From Anaerolineae bacterium (GTDB lineage: Bacteria > Chloroflexota > Anaerolineae > JACRMK01), in the NCBI GenBank assembly GCA_038198935.1, contig JBBPZQ010000021.1, positions 289 to 64,288 on the forward strand: 64,000 nucleotides of DNA. The letters are read 5' to 3'. Under the pieces are notes generated by a model, which saw only the letters and a list, made by a program, of their open reading frames with translations, did not search any database and had not been told where the DNA came from. The number at the start of each line of letters is the position of its first letter. The first letter of the stretch is position 1. The position numbers and the translations under genes were made by a program. Of this stretch, positions 46,441 through 58,291 are shown piece after piece.

Positions 46441-46574
46441 TCTTTTGCTTGGTGTCCTTGTAGGGCGCGTTCGTTGCGTCGAAGCAATCTCCCATTGGCA
46501 GCCAGAAGATAGCCTCACTAGCCTGCGGCTCCAAAGCGCAGCCTCTGCGTTCCCCATGACTGAGGTGTATCCCA

Positions 46575-47021
46575 TCAAAACGTGATGTCCAACTCTTTAG
46601 CCAGTCCGTCCAGATCAGGAAAAATGGTCGTGTGCGTAATGCCGAGCATCTTCAAATCGTCGAGGATGTTTTCGACTTCGCTGGTCGGAAAAATATATTT
46701 GCGGAAGAAGCCTTTCTGTACGAGCGGCGCGACCACGAATAACTCTTCAAAGTTTCGTGTGTCCTTGCCGTGAATGGTGAACGACGCTTTCTGCGCGCGC
46801 AGCCGCTCATGGACGTACGTCGGCTGGATGGCGATGGGTAAGTCGCCTGCGTGACCATCTTTGAACGCAAGCCCGACACGCTCCGCAAATTCTTTGTTAC
46901 TCGCGGCGGGAATGTGGCGCTTGCCGTTGGCGGTGCTGATGAATTGCTCGACGGAGTTCACGTGCTCGAACGGAAACTGATTTGGCATTTGTGCTCCATC
47001 AATTTCAACCGCAGAGGGCAC
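46575..47021 (-). CDS. hypothetical protein resembling the C-terminal half of FRG-domain proteins (possibly 5'-truncated)
   Basis: HERLRAQKASFTIHG and the C-terminal IFPDLDGLAKEL recall FRG family ends. The N-terminal FRG/QHYG.PT blocks are absent. GC is lower than the flanks by eye. Confidence 0.35.
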   Translation of the reverse strand: MPSAVEIDGAQMPNQFPFEHVNSVEQFISTANGKRHIPAASNKEFAERVGLAFKDGHAGDLPIAIQPTYVHERLRAQKASFTIHGKDTRNFEELFVVAPLVQKGFFRKYIFPTSEVENILDDLKMLGITHTTIFPDLDGLAKELDITF

Positions 47022-47070
47022 AGCGATGGATAAGATTAAATCTGCGTTCTCGGCGGCTCAAAAAGTACGT

Positions 47071-47106
47071 CAAACAAAATGCGCCAGTGTCGAATCACTG
47101 GCGCAT
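47071..47106 (-). terminator. rho-independent terminator of mreB
   Basis: Stem atgcgccagtg / cactggcgcat. The minus strand is followed by TTTTGTTTG. Confidence 0.8.
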
Positions 47107-47134
47107 CTTAAATTCATTGTAACACGAATCAACA

Positions 47135-48142
47135 TCATGCCACAGGCAGACTCGTTTCCAGCGCGGTCGGGTTTTCGAGCGCGCGACCCGCGCCAAGCGC
47201 GACACACGCAATGGGATTCTCCGCGACGTAGCACGGCACGCCCGTCGCTTGCGCCAGCATCACGTCCATGTTGCGCAAGAGCGCGCCGCCGCCGGTCAGC
47301 ACCATGCCGCGATCAATCACGTCGGAGGCGAGTTCGGGCGGCGTTTTCTCCAACACCGACTTGACCACGCTCACGATGGTCGCCAGCGTCTCCGCAATCG
47401 CTTCGGTCACTTCATCCGAGTTGATGGTGATCGTCTTCGGCAGTCCGGCCACCTGATCGCGCCCGCGCACGTCAATCGTCAACTTCTCTTCCAGCGGCAG
47501 CGCACTGCCGATCTGAATCTTGATGTCCTCCGCTGTCTGCTCGCCGACCATCAAATTGTATTTGCGGCGGATGTAACTAGAGATCGCCTCGTCCAACTTC
47601 AAGCCGCCGACGCGCACCGACGACGCCACGACGATACCATTCAACGCGACGACCGCCGCCTCGCTCACGCCCCCGCCAATATCTACGATCATGTTGCCCG
47701 TCGGCGTTTCGACCGGCAACCCGGCGCCAATCGCAGCCGCGAGCGGCTCTGGAATCAGGTGCGCCGTGCGGCCGCCCGCCTGAATCGCCGCATCGTGCAC
47801 AGCGCGGCTCTCGACGCTCGTCACGCCGACGGGCACGCTCACCATCAAGTCGGGTTTGGGCAACGCGAAGCGACCACAAATTTTTTCGATGAAGTAGCGC
47901 AGCATCGCTTCGGTAATCATGTAATCGGCAATCACGCCGTCGCGCATCGGGCGTGCGATCTCGATGTTCTCTGGCGTGCGTCCGAGCATCGCCCGCGCCT
48001 CTTCGCCAATCGAGACAATCTTGCTGTCGCTGATGCGCAGCGCGACTACCGACGGCTCCTGCAGCACAATGCCTCTGCCTTTGACGTGAATAATCGTATT
48101 CACCGTGCCGAGGTCAATGCCAATCTGCTTTGCAAACAGCAT
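47135..48142 (-). CDS. mreB: rod shape-determining protein MreB
   Basis: [31 protein letters not shown]. 335 aa actin-like ATPase. Confidence 0.95.
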   Translation of the reverse strand: MLFAKQIGIDLGTVNTIIHVKGRGIVLQEPSVVALRISDSKIVSIGEEARAMLGRTPENIEIARPMRDGVIADYMITEAMLRYFIEKICGRFALPKPDLMVSVPVGVTSVESRAVHDAAIQAGGRTAHLIPEPLAAAIGAGLPVETPTGNMIVDIGGGVSEAAVVALNGIVVASSVRVGGLKLDEAISSYIRRKYNLMVGEQTAEDIKIQIGSALPLEEKLTIDVRGRDQVAGLPKTITINSDEVTEAIAETLATIVSVVKSVLEKTPPELASDVIDRGMVLTGGGALLRNMDVMLAQATGVPCYVAENPIACVALGAGRALENPTALETSLPVA

Positions 48143-48224
48143 AGTTCTCCACTTCAGTTCCCATCACAACCGCACCACAATTGCATCGCATTGTATCTGA
48201 AATCGGTCATTCGCCCAAACGTCG

Positions 48225-48270
48225 AAACAAAAAGGCAGGGCGACGATCACAGCAGCGTCGCACCTGCCTT
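48225..48270 (-). terminator. rho-independent terminator of the small basic protein gene
   Basis: Stem aggcagg(g)cgacg / cgtcgc(a)cctgcct. The minus strand is followed by TTTTTGTTTCG. Confidence 0.7.
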
Positions 48271-48296
48271 TCATTAACTGCATTCCCAACACGAAC

Positions 48297-48437
48297 TTAC
48301 TTCTTCTTTGGCCCCTTGCCGGGCTTGGGTGTGGTTGGGTTCTGCTTCTTGCCACCCTTGCCATATCCGCCGCCGGGCGGATTGTTGCCACGATCACTCT
48401 GCGATGGATTCGGTTTTCCGGGATTCTTTTCGGGCAT
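48297..48437 (-). CDS. 46-aa lysine/glycine/proline-rich basic protein (below the ORF-track size cut-off)
   Basis: MPEKNPGKPNPSQSDRGNNPPGGGYGKGGKKQNPTTPKPGKGPKKK. GAGGAG RBS 7 nt upstream of the ATG, and its own terminator downstream. Confidence 0.55.
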   Translation of the reverse strand: MPEKNPGKPNPSQSDRGNNPPGGGYGKGGKKQNPTTPKPGKGPKKK

Positions 48438-48604
48438 CTCACTCTCCTCTGGGGGTTTCAAATTGGAAAATTGAAGTCTGAAGAACCTGTTTGGTTAGCG
48501 ATTTCTTCGAGCCTTTGCTCGGCTTCAGCCTCGCGGCGCGCGTGGCGCACTGCTTGTTGGGATCGCCGCCGCGTTTGAGCGTCGTCGGTTTCTTGGCAGG
48601 CAGC

Positions 48605-49039
48605 TCATTCTCCGAGTTGATCGCCGCGCGGGCGATGCCGACGCGCGACGCGCACACGCACTTCGGCGCGGCGCAGTGCGATTTCGAGTGCAGCCATCTG
48701 CGCCGCATCGGATGGCGGCGTCTCGCGCAAGACTTCTGCGGCGCGTTGGCGCGCTTCTTCGGCACGCGCGACGTCAATCTCGTCGGCGTGCTCGGCGGTA
48801 TCGGCGAGGATCGTTACTTTATCGGGGCGCACCTCCATGAAGCCGCCACCAATGGCGACCAACTGATCGGGCAAGCCGCGCTTTTTGATGCGCAACTCGC
48901 CCGGCTTCAAGCCGGTCATCAACGGCGCATGGTGCGGCAAGATGCCGAGCATACCTTCGGTGCCCGGCGCGACGACCATATCCACGTCGTCAGAATAGAC
49001 TTGGCGTTCGACGGTTACGATGTCTAATCGGATGGGCAT
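48605..49039 (-). CDS. atpC: F1 ATP synthase epsilon subunit
   Basis: MPIRLDIVTVERQVYSDDVDMVVAPGTEGMLGILPHHAPL. Start at ATG 49039; the track extension reads through the heptamer repeat. Confidence 0.9.
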   Translation of the reverse strand: MPIRLDIVTVERQVYSDDVDMVVAPGTEGMLGILPHHAPLMTGLKPGELRIKKRGLPDQLVAIGGGFMEVRPDKVTILADTAEHADEIDVARAEEARQRAAEVLRETPPSDAAQMAALEIALRRAEVRVRVARRHRPRGDQLGE

Positions 49040-49046
49040 AAGGCTT

Positions 49047-49109
49047 CGTGACGGCGGACGGTGGACGAGAGACGACTTGCTGCCGTCCACCGTCCGTCGT
49101 CCACCGTCG
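49047..49109. repeat. heptamer-built hairpin (NNNGACG x4 / NNCGTCC x4)
   Basis: cgtgacg gcggacg gtggacg agagacg acttgct gccgtcc accgtcc gtcgtcc accgtcg. It fills the atpD-atpC spacer. Confidence 0.92.
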
Positions 49110-49111
49110 CA

Positions 49112-50614
<1,503 letters not shown>

Positions 50615-51022
50615 TCACATCAATTTCAATTTTGTGGCGCGCGGATCAACGTGAATCTCGTCATGTTCAAAATCGAGCGTAATGCGCCACTTCTGCATTG
50701 TCGTTGCGCCGATGATGACTGCTTCCGACAAATTCGGCACAATCATGAATTCATCAGTAAGGCGGACTTCATTCAAGTAGAAATCAAGTGTAACGCGATG
50801 CGTAATTCGCACATAGTGTTCTTCATCAGCTGTTTCTAGGTTGATCGGTCTTGGAAGCGGCACGGGTTGGTCAAGCGGACTCACTTCACTCGGATGAATG
50901 CATGAGTACGTCGCGCCACTGTCGAACAACGCTTGCAACTGCGCCTCGCCCTTCGAGCCTTCAAACCGAAGCGTGCGTTCGAGAATCATCTGCTTTCGCT
51001 TGTCGTGCACACTGACACTCAT
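50615..51022 (-). CDS. retropepsin-like (clan AA) aspartic protease-like protein
   Basis: 135 aa. Active-site-type motif LFDSGATYSCI and a distal IIGATTMQKW flap/dimer block. Markedly lower GC than the atp genes by eye. Lies between atpG and atpD on the same strand. Confidence 0.65.
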   Translation of the reverse strand: MSVSVHDKRKQMILERTLRFEGSKGEAQLQALFDSGATYSCIHPSEVSPLDQPVPLPRPINLETADEEHYVRITHRVTLDFYLNEVRLTDEFMIVPNLSEAVIIGATTMQKWRITLDFEHDEIHVDPRATKLKLM

Positions 51023-51032
51023 ACATTTTTCG

Positions 51033-51920
51033 CTAACTTCTATCCCGACTTTGCTTCAGCGCTTCCACGCCGCCGGTGATGTCGAGCATCTCGCGCGTGA
51101 TGGCGGCTTGCCGTACAGTGTTCAATGTCAGCGTATAACTGCTCACCAGATCTTTCGCGTTGTTGGTCGCGTTGCGCATCGCCATCATGCGCGCACTGTG
51201 CTCGCTGGCGAGCGATTCGAGCAAGCCTTGATATAACTGCGACTCGATCAAGCGCGGCATTAATTCTTCGAGCAGCGTCTCTTCGTCAGGTTCGTAGATG
51301 TAACTCGGATAGAACGTCGCGCCCCCAGTCTCTTCCGGATTCACCGGCTGCACGGGCAAGATTTGCCGCACGACGGGCCGCTGCTGCGATGGGCTGATGA
51401 AGTCCGTATAGCCGAGATAGACCGAGTCGAATTCGTGTTTCAGAAAGGCATCAATCACTAAGCGCGAGATGGGCGTGACCTTCGACAGTGGTGGATTGTC
51501 GCCCAAGCGCGTGAACTCGGCGACGATGCCGCCGCCGTAGCGCGCGAAGAAGTCGCGTCCCTTGCGCCCGACCGTAATCAAACCGAGCGGCTTCGTTTGC
51601 TGGCGCTTAAAGTTGTTCGCCGCGCGAATGATGTTCGCCACCATGCCGCCCGCCAGACCTTTGTCCGGCGTGATGATGACGAAGCCGACGCGCTGCACCT
51701 CGCGCTGTTCGAGCAGCGAGTGCGGCGCGCGTCCTTTCTGTGCCTGCCGCGCGAGGAACGATGCGATCTCCCACGCCTTCGTCGCGAAGGGGCGCGTTGC
51801 CAGCACTTGCGCCTGCGCGCGGCGCATCTTCGACGCGGAGACCGCTTCCATCGCGCGGGTCACTTGCGAAATATTTTTGACGCTCTTGATGCGGCGTCTG
51901 AGTTCACGAGGAGTAGCCAT
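51033..51920 (-). CDS. atpG: F1 ATP synthase gamma subunit
   Basis: MATPRELRRRIKSVKNISQVTRAMEAVSASKMRRAQ and C-terminal ITREMLDITGG. Confidence 0.95.
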   Translation of the reverse strand: MATPRELRRRIKSVKNISQVTRAMEAVSASKMRRAQAQVLATRPFATKAWEIASFLARQAQKGRAPHSLLEQREVQRVGFVIITPDKGLAGGMVANIIRAANNFKRQQTKPLGLITVGRKGRDFFARYGGGIVAEFTRLGDNPPLSKVTPISRLVIDAFLKHEFDSVYLGYTDFISPSQQRPVVRQILPVQPVNPEETGGATFYPSYIYEPDEETLLEELMPRLIESQLYQGLLESLASEHSARMMAMRNATNNAKDLVSSYTLTLNTVRQAAITREMLDITGGVEALKQSRDRS

Positions 51921-51941
51921 AGTTCAATGCGTGAGTTGCAA

Positions 51942-52382
51942 TTACGCTTTACGGATTGCACGATTGACGCGCTTAACTTTGCTGACTGATTGATCGGGGT
52001 GGGCGGGATTGGGCATCAGGCGTTGACCGCGCGCATCCACAAATAGGTCGAGCTTTCCCAAAATCGTCTGTCCGATCAACACTTCGTCACCCAACACCAA
52101 TGCTTCGTCGTTCGTGTGTCTGCCCATGATTTCGATGCTCACAGGCTCAGTCACGCCCACCGTTTCGAAGCGACCATCTGCATATTGCGCGACCTCCTGA
52201 TGCGGTTGCGCTAATCCGAGTTGTTCGACCACTAATGCGGGCAGCACCAGCCGCACCGCGCCCGTATCCACCAATGCCATCACATCCATCGCGCGCAGTT
52301 TGTCGGGCGCGAGTTGGTCGCGTCGCGCCAACATTTCATCCAGCGCGCTAGCAATTTTGACTTTGACTCGCACTTCGCCCAT
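51942..52382 (-). CDS. retropepsin-like (clan AA, AF_0612-type) aspartic protease-like protein
   Basis: About 146 aa from ATG 52382 (GAGGAGG RBS). MALVDTGAVRLVLP and VLIGQTILGKLDLFVD. Lies between atpA and atpG on the same strand. Confidence 0.65.
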   Translation of the reverse strand: MGEVRVKVKIASALDEMLARRDQLAPDKLRAMDVMALVDTGAVRLVLPALVVEQLGLAQPHQEVAQYADGRFETVGVTEPVSIEIMGRHTNDEALVLGDEVLIGQTILGKLDLFVDARGQRLMPNPAHPDQSVSKVKRVNRAIRKA

Positions 52383-52486
52383 TGGCTCGTCCTCCTCTGT
52401 CTCTACGACGCGCCAGTTGGGTCGTGCTTTCGATTTTACCTTGATTTTTGAAACGTGAGCACTTTTCACTTGACACCTGACACGAC

Positions 52487-54004
<1,518 letters not shown>

Positions 54005-54014
54005 ATTTCTCCTC

Positions 54015-54077
54015 TTACGACGACAGACGGCAGACGGCGGACGGCGATTCGCGGTCTGCCGTCTGCCGTCGAGCGTC
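54015..54077. repeat. heptamer-built hairpin (NNNNGAC x4 / NNNNGTC x4)
   Basis: ttacgac gacagac ggcagac ggcggac ggcgatt cgcggtc tgccgtc tgccgtc gagcgtc. It fills the atpH-atpA spacer. Confidence 0.9.
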
Positions 54078-54510
54078 ATCTCGCGCCCAACAACATTTCC
54101 TGCATGGCGTTCAGTCGGCTGGCGAGCGAGCCGTCAATGATCTTGTCGCCGACCTTCGCCACGATACCGCCCAGCAGCGACGGATCGGTGCGATACTCGA
54201 ACGTGAGGTCGCGCCCGAACTTCGCGCCCAACTTCTGCTCGATGGCGCGCCGCTCATCGGGCGTGAGCGCAACCGCGCTCGTAATCTGCGCCATGCTTTG
54301 GTCGCCGCCGCGCAGCATCTCGTCGAGTTGACGCAGCACGTCGCGCTGCAAGTTCGGGTCATGCGTCGCCTGCAACTGCTTGACCGTCTCGTTGTAAATG
54401 GCGTGCGCGACACTCGCCGAATCATGCTGGCTCGTCGTGCCGCGCCCTTCGACCGGAGTTTGCGAGCGCATGGTATCCGCGTTGGGCGGTTGGACTGGCT
54501 GGCTCATCAT
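54076..54510 (-). CDS. atpH: F1 ATP synthase delta (OSCP) subunit, short form with an atypical N-terminus
   Basis: C-terminal OSCP block [53 protein letters not shown]. The N-terminal ~70 aa are not OSCP-like. Confidence 0.75.
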   Translation of the reverse strand: MMSQPVQPPNADTMRSQTPVEGRGTTSQHDSASVAHAIYNETVKQLQATHDPNLQRDVLRQLDEMLRGGDQSMAQITSAVALTPDERRAIEQKLGAKFGRDLTFEYRTDPSLLGGIVAKVGDKIIDGSLASRLNAMQEMLLGAR

Positions 54511-55001
54511 GCCCTCTCGACTTCGTTCAGGAACTGCTGCACGAGCGCGCGATGCTTCGCGTCGTCCACGCCGCCGTTCGCCAGCACCTTGCGCGTGATC
54601 GCGAGCGACAAGTCCGCCACATCGCGCTGCAACTGCACCATCGCCTGCTTGCGCTCATATTCGGCGTCGGATAATGCTTTTGCTTTGATCTGCGTCGCCT
54701 CTTCGTTCGCCTTGTTGATGATTTCCTGACGAACTTTTTCGGCTTGCGCTGTCGCGCTCGTGACGGCTTGCTGACGTTCGCGGCGCTCGGCTTCGAGTTG
54801 CTGCTCGAATTTTGCGCGCTCCGCCGCCGCATCCTCGCGCACCTTCTCTGCGTTGGCCAGCGCGTTGGCGATGTCCTGCTTGCGCTTGTCCATCATAGCC
54901 AACAGCGGCTTGTACGCATAGCGCTGCAAGACGAACAGCACCACTAAGAAACTGATCAGCTGTGTCAGCAGCCATGGCAGGCTGACGCCAAGTTTATCCA
55001 T
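54507..55001 (-). CDS. atpF: Fo ATP synthase subunit b
   Basis: One TM (LLTQLISFLVVLFVL) followed by a long charged helix. Start at ATG 55001 with a GGAGGG RBS. Confidence 0.88.
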   Translation of the reverse strand: MDKLGVSLPWLLTQLISFLVVLFVLQRYAYKPLLAMMDKRKQDIANALANAEKVREDAAAERAKFEQQLEAERRERQQAVTSATAQAEKVRQEIINKANEEATQIKAKALSDAEYERKQAMVQLQRDVADLSLAITRKVLANGGVDDAKHRALVQQFLNEVERA

Positions 55002-55030
55002 CGAATCCCTCCGAGAGTGACGAGTGATAG

Positions 55031-55118
55031 GGATACAGGTAGGCAGGTACACGGGCAGACAAGCACGGTCAGTTGATTACCTGTGTACCTGTCTAACCGT
55101 GCACCGCTGTACCGATAA
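55031..55118. repeat. imperfect inverted repeat in the atpE-atpF spacer (weak 7-nt periodicity)
   Basis: acaggtaggcaggtaca ... ttacctgtgtacctgt. Less regular than the other elements. Confidence 0.45.
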
Positions 55119-55120
55119 CG

Positions 55121-55458
<338 letters not shown>

Positions 55459-55463
55459 ATTCT

Positions 55464-56462
55464 TTAATGATGTTCTTCTGCCGTGTGCGGCGCCGTCGTC
55501 GCCTGCGTCATGAATACGAGCGTCAGCACCGCGAACACAAATGCTTGAATCGCGCCGACCATCAGTTCGAGAAAGTAGAACGGCAAGGGTAGCAGCGGGA
55601 ACAGCACGAACATGACGAGCAGCAGCACTTCGCCTGCAAAAATGTTGCCGAACAGACGGAAGCTCAGTGAGATCAGTTTGGACACTTCCGAGATCGCTTC
55701 GAGGACGCCGACCAGCAAATCCAGAATGCCGAATCCGATGTTGCCTTTGCGCAATTTGTCGAGCACGATGTATTTGCTCAGGAACGTCCGCACGCCGAGG
55801 CTGCGGATACCGTACGCCTGCGTCATCACCCACGAAATGATGGCGAACGCGAGCGGGGTGTTGAAGTCCGAGGTCGGCGCGCGGAAGAACGGGAAGAATT
55901 CTGCCTTGTGTGGCTCAGTCGTTTCCGTCGCGGGCGCAGTCTCCGTCCCGCACTTGGACGGCACATGCGCCTCACACGGCACGTCGAACGCTTTGGGCAA
56001 GTCGAACAAAGCTACGACGCCAGCGGGCGGAACCTCGCGCTCATTCTCGAAATGCACGACGCCGATCGGTCCGAAGCCCGGCACCAAGCCGAGCAAATTA
56101 GCGACCAAGATGTATAAGAGGAACGTCATCACGAACGGGAAGAACCAGCGCACCAATTTCTCGTTGCCACCCGTCGTTTGCCGCACGAGGTTGCTGATTG
56201 TTTCGATGGCGATCTCGAACAGATTCTGCAAGCCGCTCGGAATGAGTTGGGGGTTGCGTCCGACCGCGAACGCGGCCAGCATCAGCAGCAGCGCGACGAA
56301 CCAACCCACCAGAATGGAGTTCGAGACGGCATAGCTGCCGATCATGAATACCGGCTCGGCGACGACGGACGGGCCAATGCGATCGGCCGGCAATAGCAGC
56401 TTGATGGCAAAGCCGATCAGTAGAAAAATTAGGATGGTTCCCCAAAGTCTAGGGTTTCTCAC
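55464..56462 (-). CDS. atpB: Fo ATP synthase subunit a (with a ~60-aa insertion)
   Basis: LSFRLFGNIFAGEVLL with the essential Arg. 332 aa, which I judge longer than usual. Confidence 0.92.
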   Translation of the reverse strand: MRNPRLWGTILIFLLIGFAIKLLLPADRIGPSVVAEPVFMIGSYAVSNSILVGWFVALLLMLAAFAVGRNPQLIPSGLQNLFEIAIETISNLVRQTTGGNEKLVRWFFPFVMTFLLYILVANLLGLVPGFGPIGVVHFENEREVPPAGVVALFDLPKAFDVPCEAHVPSKCGTETAPATETTEPHKAEFFPFFRAPTSDFNTPLAFAIISWVMTQAYGIRSLGVRTFLSKYIVLDKLRKGNIGFGILDLLVGVLEAISEVSKLISLSFRLFGNIFAGEVLLLVMFVLFPLLPLPFYFLELMVGAIQAFVFAVLTLVFMTQATTAPHTAEEHH

Positions 56463-56692
56463 GACTTCCCTCCACCCAGTTGGGCGTATGCGTCTTTCAC
56501 GATGCGATACACGGCGAGCGAGCCAATCGTCAGACCAATCGCCACGACAATCACGATTGCAATCGGTCCTAACTTAAACGTGCTACTAATCCAAATGCCA
56601 ATCAACAATGGCACCACAATCGAAGTGACGATGGCGAAACTCAACTGCGCCAGAATGCCCGCGCTGACAATGGTCGGCGGCTTGTTGCTCAT
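56459..56692 (-). CDS. atpZ: AtpZ/AtpI family small membrane protein
   Basis: 77 aa, two TM helices. First gene of the atp operon; its stop overlaps the atpB start. Confidence 0.7.
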   Translation of the reverse strand: MSNKPPTIVSAGILAQLSFAIVTSIVVPLLIGIWISSTFKLGPIAIVIVVAIGLTIGSLAVYRIVKDAYAQLGGGKS

Positions 56693-56695
56693 AAC

Positions 56696-56748
56696 TTAGA
56701 CGGCGCACAGTGGACGACGGACGGTGGTCTGCCGTCTGCCGCCTGTGG
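56696..56748. repeat. heptamer-built hairpin (NNGGACG / GCCGTCT units)
   Basis: ttagacg gcgcaca gtggacg acggacg gtggtct gccgtct gccgcct. It fills the nuoN-atpZ spacer. Confidence 0.8.
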
Positions 56749-58218
56749 TCAACTCTTGAAGATTGCCTTGACCGATTCTTGGGCAAACGTGATGAACGGC
56801 TGCGGCACGATACCCATCAGCAGCGTCATCGCCGTCGCGAACGCGAGCGACACGTTCAGCGTCGGCGTAACGCGCACCGGCGTCATCTCTTTCGGCGGCA
56901 TGAAGAACATGTAGCGCACGATGTTGAAGTAGTAGCCGACCGAGACGACACTGTTGACGGCGCCGATGATGGCAAGCCAGATTAGCAGTTGACTAGGCCC
57001 GCCCGCCTTCGCCGCGTCGAGCGCCGCGCCGAACACCAGAAACTTGCCGATGAAGCCCGCCGTCGGCGGAATGCCGGCCAGCGACAGGAAGAAGATCACC
57101 ATCGCGAGCGCGAGCGCCGGCGCGCGGCGAACCATACCGGCATAGTCGGCAATCTCGTCCGAGTGGATCGCGTTCGAGTATGCGATGACCGCGATGAACA
57201 GGCCGAGGTTGGTGAAGATGTACGCGATCAGGTAAACCAAAATGCCGCGCAAGCCTTCACCCGTCGCGACGTTCGCGACGATGCCGATCAGCATATAGCC
57301 CGTCTGCGCGATGGACGAGTACGCGAGCAGGCGCTTGATGTTCGTCTGGCGCAGCGCGACCAGATTGCCAAGCGTCATGCTGATGGCGGCGATTGCCCAC
57401 AGCAGGTTCGTCCAGTCGGATGCAAAGTGCGGCAGTGCGGTAATCATCACGCGCGCGAGCACGGCGAAGCCGGCCACTTTTGGACCGACCGAGATGAATG
57501 CAGTTACGGGCGTCGGCGCGCCTTCGTATGCTTCAGGCGACCACTGATGGAACGGCGCGAGCGCAATCTTAAAACCGAAGCCGACGATGGTCAGGATGAT
57601 CGCGATGACTATCAAGTTGCTGGTGCCGGCAGGTGCGTTGGCGAACGCTGCCGCGATGCGCACGAGGTTCGTCTCGCCGTTGCTCGCGCCGTACAGCAGC
57701 GACATGCCGTACAGCATGATGGCTGACGCGACCGAGCCATACAAGAAATACTTGATCGAGCCTTCGGACGATTTCACGTCGTCGCGTAAGTAGCCGACCA
57801 TGATGTACGACGTGATGCTCAGGAACTCGAACGACAGGAAGATCATGATCAGGTCAATCGAGCCTGCGAGCAATATGATCGAAAGCGTGACGAACAGGAG
57901 CAGTGCGTAGAACTCGGCAACGTACTTCGTGCGCTGTTCGACGTACTCTTTGGACGCGAACACGATCAGCGCAGCGATAACGAGCGAGGCGATGCGAAAG
58001 AACGACAGGAACTCGTCCACCGTGTATGTGTTGCCGAACACATTCTGCCGCGCGTAGAAATACCACGCCGCGTCGGCGATGCCGAGCACGAGCGCGAGCA
58101 GCGTCAGCCATGGTGCCCACGTCCGCCCCGCGCGATCCGACACGAGGTCCACCGTTAGCACCAGCATTGCGGCGGCGGTCACGATGATTTCAGGACCGAG
58201 GAGGAGGAGTTGATCCAT
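56749..58218 (-). CDS. nuoN: NADH-quinone oxidoreductase subunit N
   Basis: MDQLLLLGPEIIVTAAAMLVLTVDL and the antiporter-like fold. Start at ATG 58218; the track extension (MAACNQPSNQQTNQRIL) is encoded by the heptamer hairpin. Confidence 0.9.
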   Translation of the reverse strand: MDQLLLLGPEIIVTAAAMLVLTVDLVSDRAGRTWAPWLTLLALVLGIADAAWYFYARQNVFGNTYTVDEFLSFFRIASLVIAALIVFASKEYVEQRTKYVAEFYALLLFVTLSIILLAGSIDLIMIFLSFEFLSITSYIMVGYLRDDVKSSEGSIKYFLYGSVASAIMLYGMSLLYGASNGETNLVRIAAAFANAPAGTSNLIVIAIILTIVGFGFKIALAPFHQWSPEAYEGAPTPVTAFISVGPKVAGFAVLARVMITALPHFASDWTNLLWAIAAISMTLGNLVALRQTNIKRLLAYSSIAQTGYMLIGIVANVATGEGLRGILVYLIAYIFTNLGLFIAVIAYSNAIHSDEIADYAGMVRRAPALALAMVIFFLSLAGIPPTAGFIGKFLVFGAALDAAKAGGPSQLLIWLAIIGAVNSVVSVGYYFNIVRYMFFMPPKEMTPVRVTPTLNVSLAFATAMTLLMGIVPQPFITFAQESVKAIFKS

Positions 58219-58222
58219 AAGT

Positions 58223-58288
58223 ATTCGTTGGTTGGTTTGCTGGTTTGATGGTTGGTTACAAGCAGCCAACCATCAAACCAGCAAACTT
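58223..58288. repeat. heptamer-built near-perfect hairpin
   Basis: attcgtt ggttggt ttgctgg tttgatg gttggtt acaagca gccaacc atcaaac cagcaaa. It fills the nuoM-nuoN spacer. Confidence 0.9.
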
Positions 58289-58291
58289 ACT

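Noticed and set aside
48439-48777. 112-aa minus-strand ORF, and a 27-codon ATGA-coupled ORF just downstream of atpC. Both are basic in composition.
   Set aside because: The long ORF overlaps the 3' third of atpC in another frame. The remaining non-overlapping part has no ATG or RBS. The 27-codon ORF is Arg-rich GC-frame noise with no RBS.
49040-49090. N-terminal extensions in the ORF track for atpC. The same applies to atpD (to 50611), atpA (to 54079), atpF (to 55052), atpE (to 55441), nuoN (to 58269), nuoL (to 62427), rplI (to 9463), aapJ (to 27144) and the lipoproteins at 9481 and 11516.
   Set aside because: The extensions are encoded by heptamer repeats or spacer DNA and do not match the protein families. 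In each case an internal ATG or GTG with a good Shine-Dalgarno sequence gives the canonical N-terminus.
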